NCBI GenBank assembly: GCA_963831715.1
Contig: CAWHRB010000001.1
Location: forward strand, 15,287 to 79,286
DNA from: an uncultured Chloroflexia bacterium
Lineage (GTDB): Bacteria; Chloroflexota; Limnocylindria; Limnocylindrales; CSP1-4
DNA length: 64,000 bases
Reading direction: 5' to 3'
Under the pieces are notes generated by a model. It searched no databases, was not told the DNA's origin, and saw only the letters and a list, made by a program, of their open reading frames with translations. The position numbers were made by a program, and so were the translations under genes. Positions within the stretch are counted from its first letter, which is position 1. Each line of letters opens with the position of its first letter. Shown here in pieces: positions 52,702 through 62,844 of this stretch.

Positions 52702-53307
52702 ATGCAGCGCTACTCACCTTCGACGGCGCTCGTCATCGTCGACGTCCAGAACGATTTCGCCGACCCGAAGGGCAGCCTGTACGTCCGGGGCGGCGAGGCC
52801 GTCGCGGGCATCATCAACGGCGAGATCGCCATGGCCTCGTCGGCGGACGCGGCGATCGTCGCGACACAGGACTGGCATCCCGAGTCGACGCCGCACTTCG
52901 AGAAGGACGGCGGCATCTGGCCGGTCCACTGCGTCGGCGACACATGGGGCGCCGAGCTGCATCCAGATCTCGCCCTGCCCGAGGACTCGCCGCGGGTTCG
53001 CAAGGGCACCAACGGCGAGGACGGCTACTCGGGCTTCACGATGCGCGATCCGGCATCCGGCGAGGAGACGCCGACGGAGCTTGACGGGCTCCTCCGCGAC
53101 CGCGGGGTGGAGCGGGTCGTGGTCGTCGGCCTCGCGACCGACTACTGCGTCTCGGCGACCGCCCTCGACGCGGTGCGGCTCGGCTACGACACCTCGGTGT
53201 TGAGCGACGCGGTCGCGGCCGTCGACCTCAACGAGGGCGATGGCGACCGGGCGCTCCAGGCCATGCGCGACGCGGGTGTCGTGATGTGGCAGACGCGGAT
53301 GCGCTGA
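52702..53307 (+). CDS. pncA: Nicotinamidase/pyrazinamidase (isochorismatase family)
   Basis: VDVQNDF..GSL.V.GG, TQDWHP, WPVHCV, KG...DGYSGF, GLATDYCV. Confidence 0.9.
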   Translation: MQRYSPSTALVIVDVQNDFADPKGSLYVRGGEAVAGIINGEIAMASSADAAIVATQDWHPESTPHFEKDGGIWPVHCVGDTWGAELHPDLALPEDSPRVRKGTNGEDGYSGFTMRDPASGEETPTELDGLLRDRGVERVVVVGLATDYCVSATALDAVRLGYDTSVLSDAVAAVDLNEGDGDRALQAMRDAGVVMWQTRMR

Positions 53308-53317
53308 CCCGCGGCAC

Positions 53318-54220
53318 GTGCAGCTCCACCTCGTCGACGCCACCTACGAGCTCTTCCGGGCCCACTACGCACCCCGGCCGCCCGTCCTCGGACGCGATGG
53401 CGTGGTGCTGTCCGGTGTCTCGGGGCTGGCCGAGCAGATGCTGTACCTGCTCCGCGAGGAGGGCGCGACGCACGTCGGCTGCGCGACCGACCGTGTCATC
53501 GAGTCGTTCCGCAACGACCTCTTCGCGGGGTACAAGTCGTCGGCCGGCATGCCCCGTGATCTGCTCGCCCAGTTCCCGATCGCGGAGGCCGCCGTCGAGG
53601 CGCTCGGGATCACGCTCTGGCCGATGGTCGAATGGGAGGCCGACGACGCGATCGCAGCCGCCGCGGTCCGCTTCGCGGCCGACCCGCGAGTCGAGCGGAT
53701 CCTCATCTGCACGCCGGACAAGGACATGGCCCAGCTGGTCCAGGACGAGCGGGTCGTGCTGTGGGATCGGCGCCGCGATCTCACCTATGACGACGCAGGG
53801 GTTCGCACCAAATGGGGCGTGCCGCCGACTTCGATCCCTGATTACCTCGCCGTCGTCGGCGACTCGTCGGACGGCTATCCGGGCATCCCCGGCTGGGGTG
53901 CCAAGGGCGCCGCCGCGGTGCTCGCCACGTACGGACATCTCGAAGCGATCCCCGAACGGGCGTCGACGTGGGAGGTGCCCGGCGTCACAGGTGGTCGGGC
54001 GATGACGCTGGCAGCATCGCTCCGCGACCACATGGATGAGGCCTTCCTCTATCGCGACCTAGCACGCCTGCGAACGGCCGACGACGGTGTCCAGATCCGC
54101 CAGACCGATCCCGACGAGCTGCGCTGGGACGGCGCACCCCGCGCGACCTGGGAGGCCTTTTGCGACGAGTGGGGCCTCGACCGGCTGCGCATGCGCCCCC
54201 ATCGCTGGCTGGACGAGTAG
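53318..54220 (+). CDS. Stand-alone 5'-3' exonuclease / flap endonuclease
   Basis: LVDATYELFR, SFRN.LF.GYK, EADD, DKDMAQLV, GDSSDGYPGIPGWG.K (H3TH). Confidence 0.9.
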   Translation: MQLHLVDATYELFRAHYAPRPPVLGRDGVVLSGVSGLAEQMLYLLREEGATHVGCATDRVIESFRNDLFAGYKSSAGMPRDLLAQFPIAEAAVEALGITLWPMVEWEADDAIAAAAVRFAADPRVERILICTPDKDMAQLVQDERVVLWDRRRDLTYDDAGVRTKWGVPPTSIPDYLAVVGDSSDGYPGIPGWGAKGAAAVLATYGHLEAIPERASTWEVPGVTGGRAMTLAASLRDHMDEAFLYRDLARLRTADDGVQIRQTDPDELRWDGAPRATWEAFCDEWGLDRLRMRPHRWLDE

Positions 54221-54223
54221 GCG

Positions 54224-55060
54224 CTACTTCACCAGATCGAGCAGCGTCCCGTGATGCGGATCCGGGGCGGCGATCACCCCGATCGACTTCGGCGCGTGCG
54301 AGATGTCGAACCACGGGCCGCCGTTCATCGCCGTGACCCGTGCGCCGCCCCGCTCGGCGATGAGCCCCGCCGCCGCGATGTCCCACGCTGAAAGGCCGCC
54401 CTGCTGGATGAACGCATCGAACCGGCCGTTGCCGACATAGGCCAGCGCCAGCGCCGCCGAGCCCATCGAGCGCGGGATGCGGATCGCCTTGCGCACGTTC
54501 CGGATCCGCGACGCGACGGAACGGCCCGCCAGCGCCATCGAGACTACGAAATCGATCAGGTTCTCCTTGTCCGACGCACGCATCGCGTGGCTTTCCATCC
54601 CGAGCGTCGACATGTGGATCGCCGGACCCGCGGCCGTGGCTGCGAACGTCTCGGCTCGGGTCGGGTCATGCACGACGCCGACCCATGGCGTGCCGTCGAC
54701 GACCAGGGCGATCGAGACGCAGAAGAAGGGGATGCCATTGGCGTAGTTCACCGTGCCGTCGAGCGGGTCGATGATCCAGACCCTCCCCCGCCCGGAGGTC
54801 GGTGCCTCGCCCGCGACCGCGTGGTGCTCGCCACTCTCCTCGGCGAGGATCGCGTCTGTCGGGTGGTAGCGACGGATCGACTCGATGATCAGTTCTTCCG
54901 AGAGGTGGTCCGCTTCGGTCACGACGTCCCGGGCGCTCTTGTAGTCGATCTGCTCGAGTCGTTCGTAGCGATCCATCAGGATCTCGCCGGCGCGCGCGGC
55001 CAGGGCGACGGCGAACTCGAGGTCCTCGGGCGGACGCGAGCCGGTCAGGGCGTCCGGCAC
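54224..55060 (-). CDS. Inositol monophosphatase family protein
   Basis: DVVTEAD, LAEE, WIIDPLDGTVNY, GSAAL, WDIAA. Confidence 0.92.
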   Translation of the reverse strand: MPDALTGSRPPEDLEFAVALAARAGEILMDRYERLEQIDYKSARDVVTEADHLSEELIIESIRRYHPTDAILAEESGEHHAVAGEAPTSGRGRVWIIDPLDGTVNYANGIPFFCVSIALVVDGTPWVGVVHDPTRAETFAATAAGPAIHMSTLGMESHAMRASDKENLIDFVVSMALAGRSVASRIRNVRKAIRIPRSMGSAALALAYVGNGRFDAFIQQGGLSAWDIAAAGLIAERGGARVTAMNGGPWFDISHAPKSIGVIAAPDPHHGTLLDLVK

Positions 55061-55530
55061 GTGACCTCCAGGTCGGTCGGCGTGGACCCGAATTCGGTGA
55101 CGAACGCCTCGAACGTGCGGCGTTCGTGAGATCCGAGCCGCGGGCTCGTCACGAAGGCCGCTGTGCCCGTGCCGCGATCCCCGGCCCGATTGATCCGGCA
55201 CGTCGTCTGACCGCCGGACTCCCCGTCGTTCGTGACGCTCAGCGTAACGGAGAGGCCTTCACCGGCCGCCGTAACGGCATCGACCGTCGCGGGGAACGGC
55301 CCGATCCCCGCGATGGACAGGCGGGCGGCGAAGGCCAGCAGGACGATCGCCACGGCGACGGCGACGAACACCGATCCGTGGACCTGACCGGCCGCAACAT
55401 CGCGCAGCCCGAGGGGGTTGCACTCCTCGCACAGGCCGACGCCGGGAGCGACCGGCGCGCCGCAGCGGGCGCACGGGTGGGTCGGTTCGGCCGGGCCCGC
55501 AGCGCGAGGAGCCGAGGTCGTCGGGGTCAC
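55045..55530 (-). CDS. Hypothetical membrane protein with N-terminal zinc ribbon
   Basis: CARCG...CEECN, one TM, Ig-like C-terminus. Confidence 0.65.
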   Translation of the reverse strand: MTPTTSAPRAAGPAEPTHPCARCGAPVAPGVGLCEECNPLGLRDVAAGQVHGSVFVAVAVAIVLLAFAARLSIAGIGPFPATVDAVTAAGEGLSVTLSVTNDGESGGQTTCRINRAGDRGTGTAAFVTSPRLGSHERRTFEAFVTEFGSTPTDLEVTCRTP

Positions 55531-55582
55531 GGTCCGATGGTGCCACGAAACCGTCGCTCACCCCTCGACCTCGAACCACCGG

Positions 55583-56431
55583 TCACCAGCGCGCAACGGA
55601 CTCCACGAGCGCGTCTATGTCCGCGGTGGAGCGGGCCGTGACGATCGCCCCGTCGGCACCCGCCTCCCGCCAGCGCTCCCATTCCTCGCGCGGGCGGTGG
55701 ACCCACGGGGAGTCCAGGATCGTGCCGGGATCCATGTCCCAGGTGCCTCCCTGGAACCCGACGAGGACGGTCTGCTCATCGCGTCCCTTGCCCGCCGCCT
55801 CGAGGCCCTCGAGGTACACGGGCAGGTTCTCCACGAAGTTGTCGTCGAACGCCGTCCAGCCATCGCCGATGCGTGCCGCGAGCGCCGCACCCGCCCGGGT
55901 CTCGCCGCCTACGATGATCGGTGGGGGCGGATCTGGCACCGGGAACGCGACGGCGTCGCGGAGCGGGTAGTCGGGCGACGGGCGCGTCACAGGGCCGCCC
56001 GTCCACAGCGCGCGGATGACCGCGACGGCCTCCTCCAGCTTGGCTACCCGTTCGGGTGCCGGCGGGAAGTCGATGCCGTAGGCCTCGTGCTCCTTCGGCG
56101 CGCCGCCGATGCCGATGCCCAGCACGAGCCGGCCGCCTGTCGCGATCTGGAGCGTGGACGCCATGCGGGCGACCACGGCCGGGTGTCGGTTCATCACGTT
56201 CATCACGAACGTCCCGATCGTGGCCTGGCGGGTCTGTCCGGCGGCCAACGTCAGGATCGTCCACGCCTCCACGACCGGCACGGTCCGATCGCCCCGGCCC
56301 ATGAAATGGTCCCAGCACCACAGACCGGCGAACCCGGCCTCATCGAGCCGGCGGGCGCTGTCGAGCCACCACTCCGGGGTCGCACGGATCGACCTGAGAG
56401 AGACCCCGATGGGCAGGCGCCTCTCGGCCAT
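55583..56431 (-). CDS. LLM-class flavin/F420-dependent oxidoreductase
   Basis: WCWDHF, EAWT, RHPAVVARM..TL....GRL.LGIG.G, PPIIVGG. Confidence 0.9.
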   Translation of the reverse strand: MAERRLPIGVSLRSIRATPEWWLDSARRLDEAGFAGLWCWDHFMGRGDRTVPVVEAWTILTLAAGQTRQATIGTFVMNVMNRHPAVVARMASTLQIATGGRLVLGIGIGGAPKEHEAYGIDFPPAPERVAKLEEAVAVIRALWTGGPVTRPSPDYPLRDAVAFPVPDPPPPIIVGGETRAGAALAARIGDGWTAFDDNFVENLPVYLEGLEAAGKGRDEQTVLVGFQGGTWDMDPGTILDSPWVHRPREEWERWREAGADGAIVTARSTADIDALVESVARW

Positions 56432-56436
56432 CGACG

Positions 56437-57285
56437 TCAGAGATCCGTCTCGAACAGCCGCACGTCCTCGGTGGCGATTGCGTGGCCGTCCCCCCGCGTC
56501 GGACCGAGCGCGGCGCGCGCGCCGAGCGAGTCAAGGTCGGCCGGAAACCGTCCGATCAGGTCGAGGACGACCTTCTGGATCCGCTCGGCGTTCGCCTGGA
56601 AGACCTCCAGGACATCGGTCGCATTGACCGCCTCGGTGCCCTCGTGGACACCCGCGTCGTAGTCGGTGATCAGGCTGATGTTCACGACCGCGATCCCGAG
56701 CTCGCGACACAGCCACGCCTCGGGGTACTGGGTCATGTTGATGACCTCCCAGCCGGCGTCGCTGAACCACTTCGACTCGGACTTGGTCGAGAAGCGGGGA
56801 CCCTGGATGATCACCACCGTGCCGCGCTCGTGGACCTCGATGCCGTGGTCGCGGATGGTCTCGATCGTCAACTGGCGCAGGACGGGGTCGTACGTCTCGG
56901 CCGAGGACAGGTGCGTGACGATGGGACCGTCGTAGAAGGTGTCCGCACGTCCCGACGTGCGGTCGACGAACTGGTCGCATACGACGAAATCGCCCGGCTT
57001 GACGTGGAGGGCGAGGGACCCAGCCGCACACGGTGAGATCGCCGCCTTGACGCCGAGCGACTTCATCGCCCAGACGTTGGCGCGGTAGTTGATGCGGTGG
57101 GGCGGGATCGTGTGACGACGCCCGTGGCGCGGGAGGAAGGCCACCCGCCGGCCACTCACGTCGGCGAGGAAGACTGAATCGGACGGAGCGCCGTAGGGGG
57201 TATCGACCTTGATCTCGCGCACGTCGTCGAGCAGCGAATAGAACCCCGAACCACCGAAGACGCCGATCTCCGCCGTGTCCGCCAC
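56437..57285 (-). CDS. mtnP: S-methyl-5'-thioadenosine phosphorylase
   Basis: IGVFGGSGFY, TPYGAPS, RHG..H..PPH.INYRAN, GPRFST.SES, INMT..PEA, TDYD. Confidence 0.92.
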   Translation of the reverse strand: MADTAEIGVFGGSGFYSLLDDVREIKVDTPYGAPSDSVFLADVSGRRVAFLPRHGRRHTIPPHRINYRANVWAMKSLGVKAAISPCAAGSLALHVKPGDFVVCDQFVDRTSGRADTFYDGPIVTHLSSAETYDPVLRQLTIETIRDHGIEVHERGTVVIIQGPRFSTKSESKWFSDAGWEVINMTQYPEAWLCRELGIAVVNISLITDYDAGVHEGTEAVNATDVLEVFQANAERIQKVVLDLIGRFPADLDSLGARAALGPTRGDGHAIATEDVRLFETDL

Positions 57286-57408
57286 CCTGCCCTCCGTTCG
57301 CGCTGGTCGGGCGCCCGGTGCGGTCGCCTGCGTCAAGTATGCCGGGCTACGATGGTCGCGCCGTGACCAGACCCAGGGGCGTCGTCGACGGCGGAACGGA
57401 GCCTGACG

Positions 57409-57798
57409 ATGACCGACACGCCATCCCCGCCGGACGACTCCAACCCGACCACGCGCTACGACCCCCCGCCGCCCGAGGATCCGGTCGTACCGGCCGACAC
57501 CCAGGTCGCGGCGCCCGATGCTCCCGTGCCGCCTCCGCCGCCTCCGACCTCCACGCCGCTACCGCCACCACCTCCACCGATGGCTTCCGCACCCACCTGG
57601 CGTTCTCGACGCGACGACCCCGGCCGCACCGGGTCGATCATCTTCGGCGTCATCCTCCTGGCGGTGGGGCTGTGGTTCTTCGCCGACCAGACGCTCGGGC
57701 TCGACATGCCGCAGCTCAGCTGGAGCGAGCTGTGGCCTGTCCTGATCATCGGGATCGGCGTCTGGGTCGTGCTCGGATCGATGCGCCGAGGCCGATGA
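57409..57798 (+). CDS. Membrane protein with LiaF/DUF5668-like TM domain
   Basis: Pro-rich N-terminus; FGVILLAVG.WF, LWPVLIIGIG. Confidence 0.7.
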   Translation: MTDTPSPPDDSNPTTRYDPPPPEDPVVPADTQVAAPDAPVPPPPPPTSTPLPPPPPPMASAPTWRSRRDDPGRTGSIIFGVILLAVGLWFFADQTLGLDMPQLSWSELWPVLIIGIGVWVVLGSMRRGR

Positions 57799-58466
57799 CC
57801 TCCGACACGCCGCGCTGGACCCAGGGCGACGGGTCGCTCCAGGACCGGCTGACCCTGGTGGATTGGCGGCGCCGCATCGCCGCCCTGTACGTCGAGGTGC
57901 GCGCCATGGCGGCGAGCGACCCGGCCGTCGCGCTCGCCCATTGGCGGACCGTCCGCGAGTGGCTGTTCCGCGACCATCCCCAGTCGCCGGTGCCGGTGCC
58001 GGAGCGAGCGTCATTCGCGGCGCGCCACTTCGAGCACGATCCCGCGCTCCGCTTCGTGACGCCGATCGAACCCGCTCCGGCCTCCGATCCAGGCGCGCTC
58101 TCCATGGAGTTGCCGAACAGCGGCGCCGACACGTTGTCGTTCCGGCGGATCGGCTCGGTCCGGCTGCCCTTCTCTTCGGGCGAGAAGCGGTTGTCCGTCT
58201 TCTGGATGGCCGGCTATGCAGGTGGGCTGTTCATCCCGTTCCGCGACGCGACGAACGGCCAGGCGACGTACGCCGCCGGCCGCTATCTCATCGATGCCGC
58301 GAAGTCGCACGACCTCGGCGTGGACACCTCGACCGGCGATCTGATCCTCGACTTCAACTTCGCGACGCAGCCGTCGTGCGCGTTCGACCCGCGTTGGGCC
58401 TGCCCGCTGGCACCTCCGGAGAACCGGCTCGACATCGCGGTCCATGCCGGCGAACGCTTGACCTAG
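57795..58466 (+). CDS. DUF1684 family protein
   Basis: HPQSP, FIPFRDATNG..TY.AGRYL, LDFN.A..PSCAF...W.CPL.P.ENRL...V.AGE. Confidence 0.88.
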   Translation: MTSDTPRWTQGDGSLQDRLTLVDWRRRIAALYVEVRAMAASDPAVALAHWRTVREWLFRDHPQSPVPVPERASFAARHFEHDPALRFVTPIEPAPASDPGALSMELPNSGADTLSFRRIGSVRLPFSSGEKRLSVFWMAGYAGGLFIPFRDATNGQATYAAGRYLIDAAKSHDLGVDTSTGDLILDFNFATQPSCAFDPRWACPLAPPENRLDIAVHAGERLT

Positions 58467-58485
58467 GGCCCTCGCGACCCTGGCG

Positions 58486-59817
58486 CTACGGCGACGCGCT
58501 GCCGCCGATCGCCACCACTCGGCCGAGCGAGGTACCGACGATGACGCGTCCGTTGATGACGACGGGCATCGTCAGGTCGCCGTCGACCTGGAACGACCAG
58601 CGCGGGCTTCCCGACTCGGCGTCGATGGCGTGAACGACGCCGTCAGAGGTCGATACGAAGAGCGTGGTACCGACCAGCCCGGCAAGGGCACCGTTCGGGC
58701 TGCGCGTCGTGAACGTCCAGACGACCTTTCCGGTCGACCGTTCGAGCGCATATACATTCGTGTCCGTCGACACGGCGTAGACCCGCTCGGCGTCGACCGC
58801 TCCGACGTGGATCTGGCCCGCCTCAGGCAACGGGAAGGTCCAGACGTCGCGACCGGTACGGGAATCGAGCGCGAGGAGTTCCGCGTTCGCCACATCATCC
58901 TCCAGCCCGTGCCCGATATAGACGACCTCGTCGACGACGCTCGGCGTACTGAAGCCGTTGGGGCGCAGATCCGCACGGCGCCATCGCTCGCGGCGCGACG
59001 CGAGCTCGATCGCGACGACAAGCCCGTCCGCGGTACCCGCATACAGCGTGCCACCCGCGACCGCGGGGCCGCGCGTTAGGGGTCCACCCACCTCGATCGA
59101 GCCGAGATCCCTGCCGGTGGCCGCATCCAGGATGGACATGGAGCCGCTTTCGCTGCCAACGTAGATCCGTCCGGCGACCTCGGCGAGTGAGGCCGAGATC
59201 GGGCCCTCCACGGTCGCGGCCCAGCGGCGCTGCCCGTCGGCGGCCGCGAATGCCACGACCGCGCCGTCCTCGCCCGCGACGACCAGCAGGTCGCCGACCA
59301 GCACCGACGACGCTCTGATCGGACTGCCGACATCCGCCTCCCAGAGAGCCGTGCCCGTGGCCTCGTCCAGCGCTGCAAGGCCACCGCTGTCGTCGCTCAC
59401 GAAGACGCGACCACCAGACACGATCGGCATGATCGTGAATCGGATCGCGCCATTCCGCTGTGCCTCCCAGTCGAGGAACGGCTCACCCAGAGGTGCGGGG
59501 CCGGGCATGACTCCGGTCCGATCGGGACCCCCGTGGTACATCGTCAGGAGCGGCACGTACGGCGGGCGCGACAGGGCGAATGCGGCGACCCCGGCCAGCA
59601 GCAATGCGAGCAGCAGGAGCAGGACGAACGCCGGCGACATCGATGGCAGCCACCGCTGCGAGACCCAGCGTTGCGGAGCGAGGCGGGCGAGCGGGCGGCG
59701 CTGCGGCGTGTCGATGACGGTCCGGTAGATGGCGTCACCGAGGTCAGCGGGGGCGCGGACCTGCTCGTCGGGCGAGAGCGCCAGCTTGAGAAGGGTGTCG
59801 CGGTCGTAGGCGGTCAT
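58486..59817 (-). CDS. Putative anti-sigma factor with TM and PQQ-like (BamB-type) beta-propeller
   Basis: ATG overlaps the sigma stop; short cytoplasmic N-terminus, TM, repeated ALD..TG...W motifs. Confidence 0.8.
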   Translation of the reverse strand: MTAYDRDTLLKLALSPDEQVRAPADLGDAIYRTVIDTPQRRPLARLAPQRWVSQRWLPSMSPAFVLLLLLALLLAGVAAFALSRPPYVPLLTMYHGGPDRTGVMPGPAPLGEPFLDWEAQRNGAIRFTIMPIVSGGRVFVSDDSGGLAALDEATGTALWEADVGSPIRASSVLVGDLLVVAGEDGAVVAFAAADGQRRWAATVEGPISASLAEVAGRIYVGSESGSMSILDAATGRDLGSIEVGGPLTRGPAVAGGTLYAGTADGLVVAIELASRRERWRRADLRPNGFSTPSVVDEVVYIGHGLEDDVANAELLALDSRTGRDVWTFPLPEAGQIHVGAVDAERVYAVSTDTNVYALERSTGKVVWTFTTRSPNGALAGLVGTTLFVSTSDGVVHAIDAESGSPRWSFQVDGDLTMPVVINGRVIVGTSLGRVVAIGGSASP

Positions 59818-60404
59818 CCTCGCTCCACCTCCAACGCACGGTCGAGCGCCTTCCGCGCATTCGAGAGGCGCCACTTGATCGTGCCCACTGGCGCGGTGAG
59901 GATCCGCCCGATCTCGGCGAGGGGTCGCTCCTCGACGTAGTGCATGACGAGCAGAGCCCGGACATCCGCGTCCAGGTGCCCGAACGCCCGACGGATGGCC
60001 TCGACTTCCCCGAGTCGGTCGCTCTCCGGCTCTGTTGCGAGCGCGGCCCGCTCGCGCTCGGCGGACTCGTCGGCGACATCGACCTCACGGACGTGGACGC
60101 GCCGCGTGCGTCGCAGGGTGGCACGGCAAGCATTCACGAGGATCTGTGACAGCCAGGCGTCGAAACGGGACCGGTCGCGCAACCGCGGCAGCTCCCGCCA
60201 CGCCGATACGCATGCATCCTGGACGGCGTCGCGAGCGTCCGGCTCATTCCGCGTGATCGCAACGGCCATCCGAAAGAGACGGTCCAAGCGTGGGCGGATC
60301 AGCGCATCGAACGCATCCGCGTCGCCCTCGGCCGCGCGATCGACGAGCCCGTCGTCAATGGCACGGGCCGAGGGCCGACCGGTGGCGATCAGGCCCATGC
60401 CCAT
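59814..60404 (-). CDS. ECF RNA polymerase sigma factor (sigma-70 group 4)
   Basis: GD.DAF..L, DARDAVQD, FDAWL.QI.VNAC, EIG.IL..PVGTIKWRLS.AR. Confidence 0.92.
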   Translation of the reverse strand: MGMGLIATGRPSARAIDDGLVDRAAEGDADAFDALIRPRLDRLFRMAVAITRNEPDARDAVQDACVSAWRELPRLRDRSRFDAWLSQILVNACRATLRRTRRVHVREVDVADESAERERAALATEPESDRLGEVEAIRRAFGHLDADVRALLVMHYVEERPLAEIGRILTAPVGTIKWRLSNARKALDRALEVERG

Positions 60405-60453
60405 GCCGTCCGAGCCTCGCGTGCCATCTAGCCCGAGCCCCGCCCCGCCCGGC

Positions 60454-61464
60454 CTACTCGGCTGGAAGCGCGAAGGCCAACAGGGTCTCCCAGCCCGTAT
60501 AGATCCGGTCGCCCTGCGGATCGAGCGCGAAGTCGTCCGTCGGCACGCCTTCCCAGTTGTGGAGCAGTATGCCGTCCGGGCCAAGCTGGACGATCCGGTC
60601 TGGCTCGATCCCCGTTGGGGTCTCGCTGTTGCTGCCGAGCCAGATGTTTCCCTCGTCGTCCACCGCGATGGCGATGGCAAAGTCGACGAGGCCGCTCAGG
60701 TCGATCGTGCGCACGACCGACCCGTCGGGGGCGAGCTCCTTCAGGATCTTTCCAGGCCCGACGACGACATAGACGTGCTCGTTGGTGTCTGCGAACACGG
60801 GCGGGTAGGTATCGTGGGCGTACTCGATCAGGAAATCGCCGTCGGGGCTGAACTTCTTGACCGCGCCGGTTTCGTCGTCATGGACGTACACGTTGCCGAC
60901 GGCGTCGGCGACGATCGCGTTCGGGGTGACGAACTGGTCAGGACCGGTACCGAATGCGCCGAATTCCTTGACCGGCTTCCGATCCTTGTCGAACACGAGG
61001 ACGCGGCGACCCGCAGCATCGGCCACGTAGATCCGGCCGTCGGGCCCGAACGCCATGCCGCCGAAATGCCCGTTGGGCCCCGTTTCCGAGCCCGCATCCC
61101 AGGTCTCCAGGTGTTTGCCGTCCCGATCGAATGCCAGGAATTCGTTACCGCCGAACGCACCGGCCCAGATGCGCCCCTGCGGATCGATGACCGGGTGAGC
61201 CACCCAGTCGGCACCCGCGGGATCGATACCCGTCCATAGCCGCTCCAGGGCCAGCTCCGGCTCGACCGTGCCCGGGTCGATGGGGCTTGGCTCGGCGGCG
61301 GCGGAGGCACTCGGCGACGCTGACGCCAGGGGGGCAGCAGAGGCCGAGGCGGGCTGTTCGATCGCAGGGGCGACAGTCGGAGTCGCGCTCGATCCACACC
61401 CTGCGATGACGAGGGTGAATACCGCCAGTCGCATCGACGAGCGCACAACCAAGGTCGACATCAT
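60454..61464 (-). CDS. NHL-repeat beta-propeller lipoprotein
   Basis: RBS AAGGAG; lipobox IAGC; GRIYVAD, FG.GPDQF..P..I..D..GNVYV. Confidence 0.82.
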   Translation of the reverse strand: MMSTLVVRSSMRLAVFTLVIAGCGSSATPTVAPAIEQPASASAAPLASASPSASAAAEPSPIDPGTVEPELALERLWTGIDPAGADWVAHPVIDPQGRIWAGAFGGNEFLAFDRDGKHLETWDAGSETGPNGHFGGMAFGPDGRIYVADAAGRRVLVFDKDRKPVKEFGAFGTGPDQFVTPNAIVADAVGNVYVHDDETGAVKKFSPDGDFLIEYAHDTYPPVFADTNEHVYVVVGPGKILKELAPDGSVVRTIDLSGLVDFAIAIAVDDEGNIWLGSNSETPTGIEPDRIVQLGPDGILLHNWEGVPTDDFALDPQGDRIYTGWETLLAFALPAE

Positions 61465-61500
61465 GATCTCCTTGCGTTCAGGCATCGAGGGCTCCGATGT

Positions 61501-61530
61501 GTGTGATGCGCGTGAGGGTCGTCGGGTTGG
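61501..61530 (-). promoter_or_regulatory. ECF-type promoter, copy 1
   Basis: CCAACC-N15-GCATCACAC on the minus strand upstream of the NHL gene. Confidence 0.65.
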
Positions 61531-61543
61531 TGCGGCCGTCGAC

Positions 61544-62734
61544 TCAAGGGGCACCATCGCCGATGGCATAGAGGACCCCGAGGTTGGTGCCAACCAGGAC
61601 GTACCCACCGGTGATCACCGGGGCGTACGGGACACCCTCGATCGGCGCTTCCCAGCGCATCTCTCCGTTCTCGACGTCGAGCGCCTGGACGGATCCGCCG
61701 TTGGTGGCCACATAGACGGTCTCCTGGGCCACCGACGCAAGGGCGTCGTTCGGCCCATCGGTCGTCTGCGACCACAGCGCCTTGCCGGTCGATGACTCGA
61801 CCGCGACGACCGTGGCGTCGCCGCTGACCATGATCGCGCGACCGTCCACGACGGCGGGTGTGAACACCTCCTCCTGGCTGGAACTGACGTGGCGCCAACG
61901 CAGTTCTCCGGACGCGGCATCGACCGCCGATACGCCGGTCGCGGACGGATCGTCCGGGTGGAAGCCGGTCGCGGCGAAGACGAGTCCGTCGGCGACGGTC
62001 GGTGTCCCGCCCTCCCCGCTTTCGGCGACGCGCGCGTCCCATATCAGCTTCCCGTCCGAGGCGCGCAAGGCCAGGACGTGGCCGCCCGCAGCGCTCAGGT
62101 AGGCGGTGTCGGTACCCGCGGCAACCGACCGCGAGACACCACCCGGCAACGATGTGTGCCACGCGACCGCGCCAGTCGCCGGGTCGACCCCGTAGGCATC
62201 TCCATCCGTCGTGGCCGCGATGACGGCATCACCCGCGGCGGCGACCGCGCCGCTGATCGGACCGTCCAGGGTGGCCGTCCAGCTCGTCTTGCCGGTCGTG
62301 ACATCGATGCCGTGGAGCACGCCATCCATGTCGCCGACGATCGCGACCCCATCGACGATCTGCGGTGTCGCCGCGCCCGTTTCGGCGCCGAGCGGCACCT
62401 GCCATCGCTCCACTCCCGTCGCAAGCTGCACGGCATGCAGGGCGCCGTCGCCTGAGACGAACAGGACGGTGCCGTCGACGACCGTCGGCGAAGAACGGAT
62501 CGGCCCCTCGGCCTGGAACGTCCATAGGACGGTCGGGTGATCGGACGGGCCCGGTCCGGGCATCTCCCCTGTCCGTGCCGTATCCCCTCGGTAGGTGAGG
62601 ACGTCGGGGACGGTCACGACGGCATCCTTGGATGCTCCGACTGAGGCCGGCGCGGCGCTCTGGTCGGGACTGAGCGTCCCTCCGCAGCCGGCCGCGATGA
62701 GGATCGCGATCGCGATCGTGTTTGCCCTGCGCAT
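61544..62734 (-). CDS. PQQ-like (BamB-type) beta-propeller lipoprotein
   Basis: RBS GGAGGA; lipobox AAGC; YRGD.ARTG.MPGP, repeated TG...W motifs. Confidence 0.85.
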   Translation of the reverse strand: MRRANTIAIAILIAAGCGGTLSPDQSAAPASVGASKDAVVTVPDVLTYRGDTARTGEMPGPGPSDHPTVLWTFQAEGPIRSSPTVVDGTVLFVSGDGALHAVQLATGVERWQVPLGAETGAATPQIVDGVAIVGDMDGVLHGIDVTTGKTSWTATLDGPISGAVAAAGDAVIAATTDGDAYGVDPATGAVAWHTSLPGGVSRSVAAGTDTAYLSAAGGHVLALRASDGKLIWDARVAESGEGGTPTVADGLVFAATGFHPDDPSATGVSAVDAASGELRWRHVSSSQEEVFTPAVVDGRAIMVSGDATVVAVESSTGKALWSQTTDGPNDALASVAQETVYVATNGGSVQALDVENGEMRWEAPIEGVPYAPVITGGYVLVGTNLGVLYAIGDGAP

Positions 62735-62785
62735 GGTTCCATCCTCCGGTGACCGACGAGTCCGCGCCGGTCGCGGCCGTCAGAC

Positions 62786-62815
62786 GTGTGATGCGGACGT
62801 GACGCCGGAGGTTGG
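62786..62815 (-). promoter_or_regulatory. ECF-type promoter, copy 2
   Basis: CCAACC-N15-GCATCACAC, same elements and spacing as 61501-61530. Confidence 0.65.
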
Positions 62816-62844
62816 CGGCAGATCTGAACGCGTACCATCCGTCG

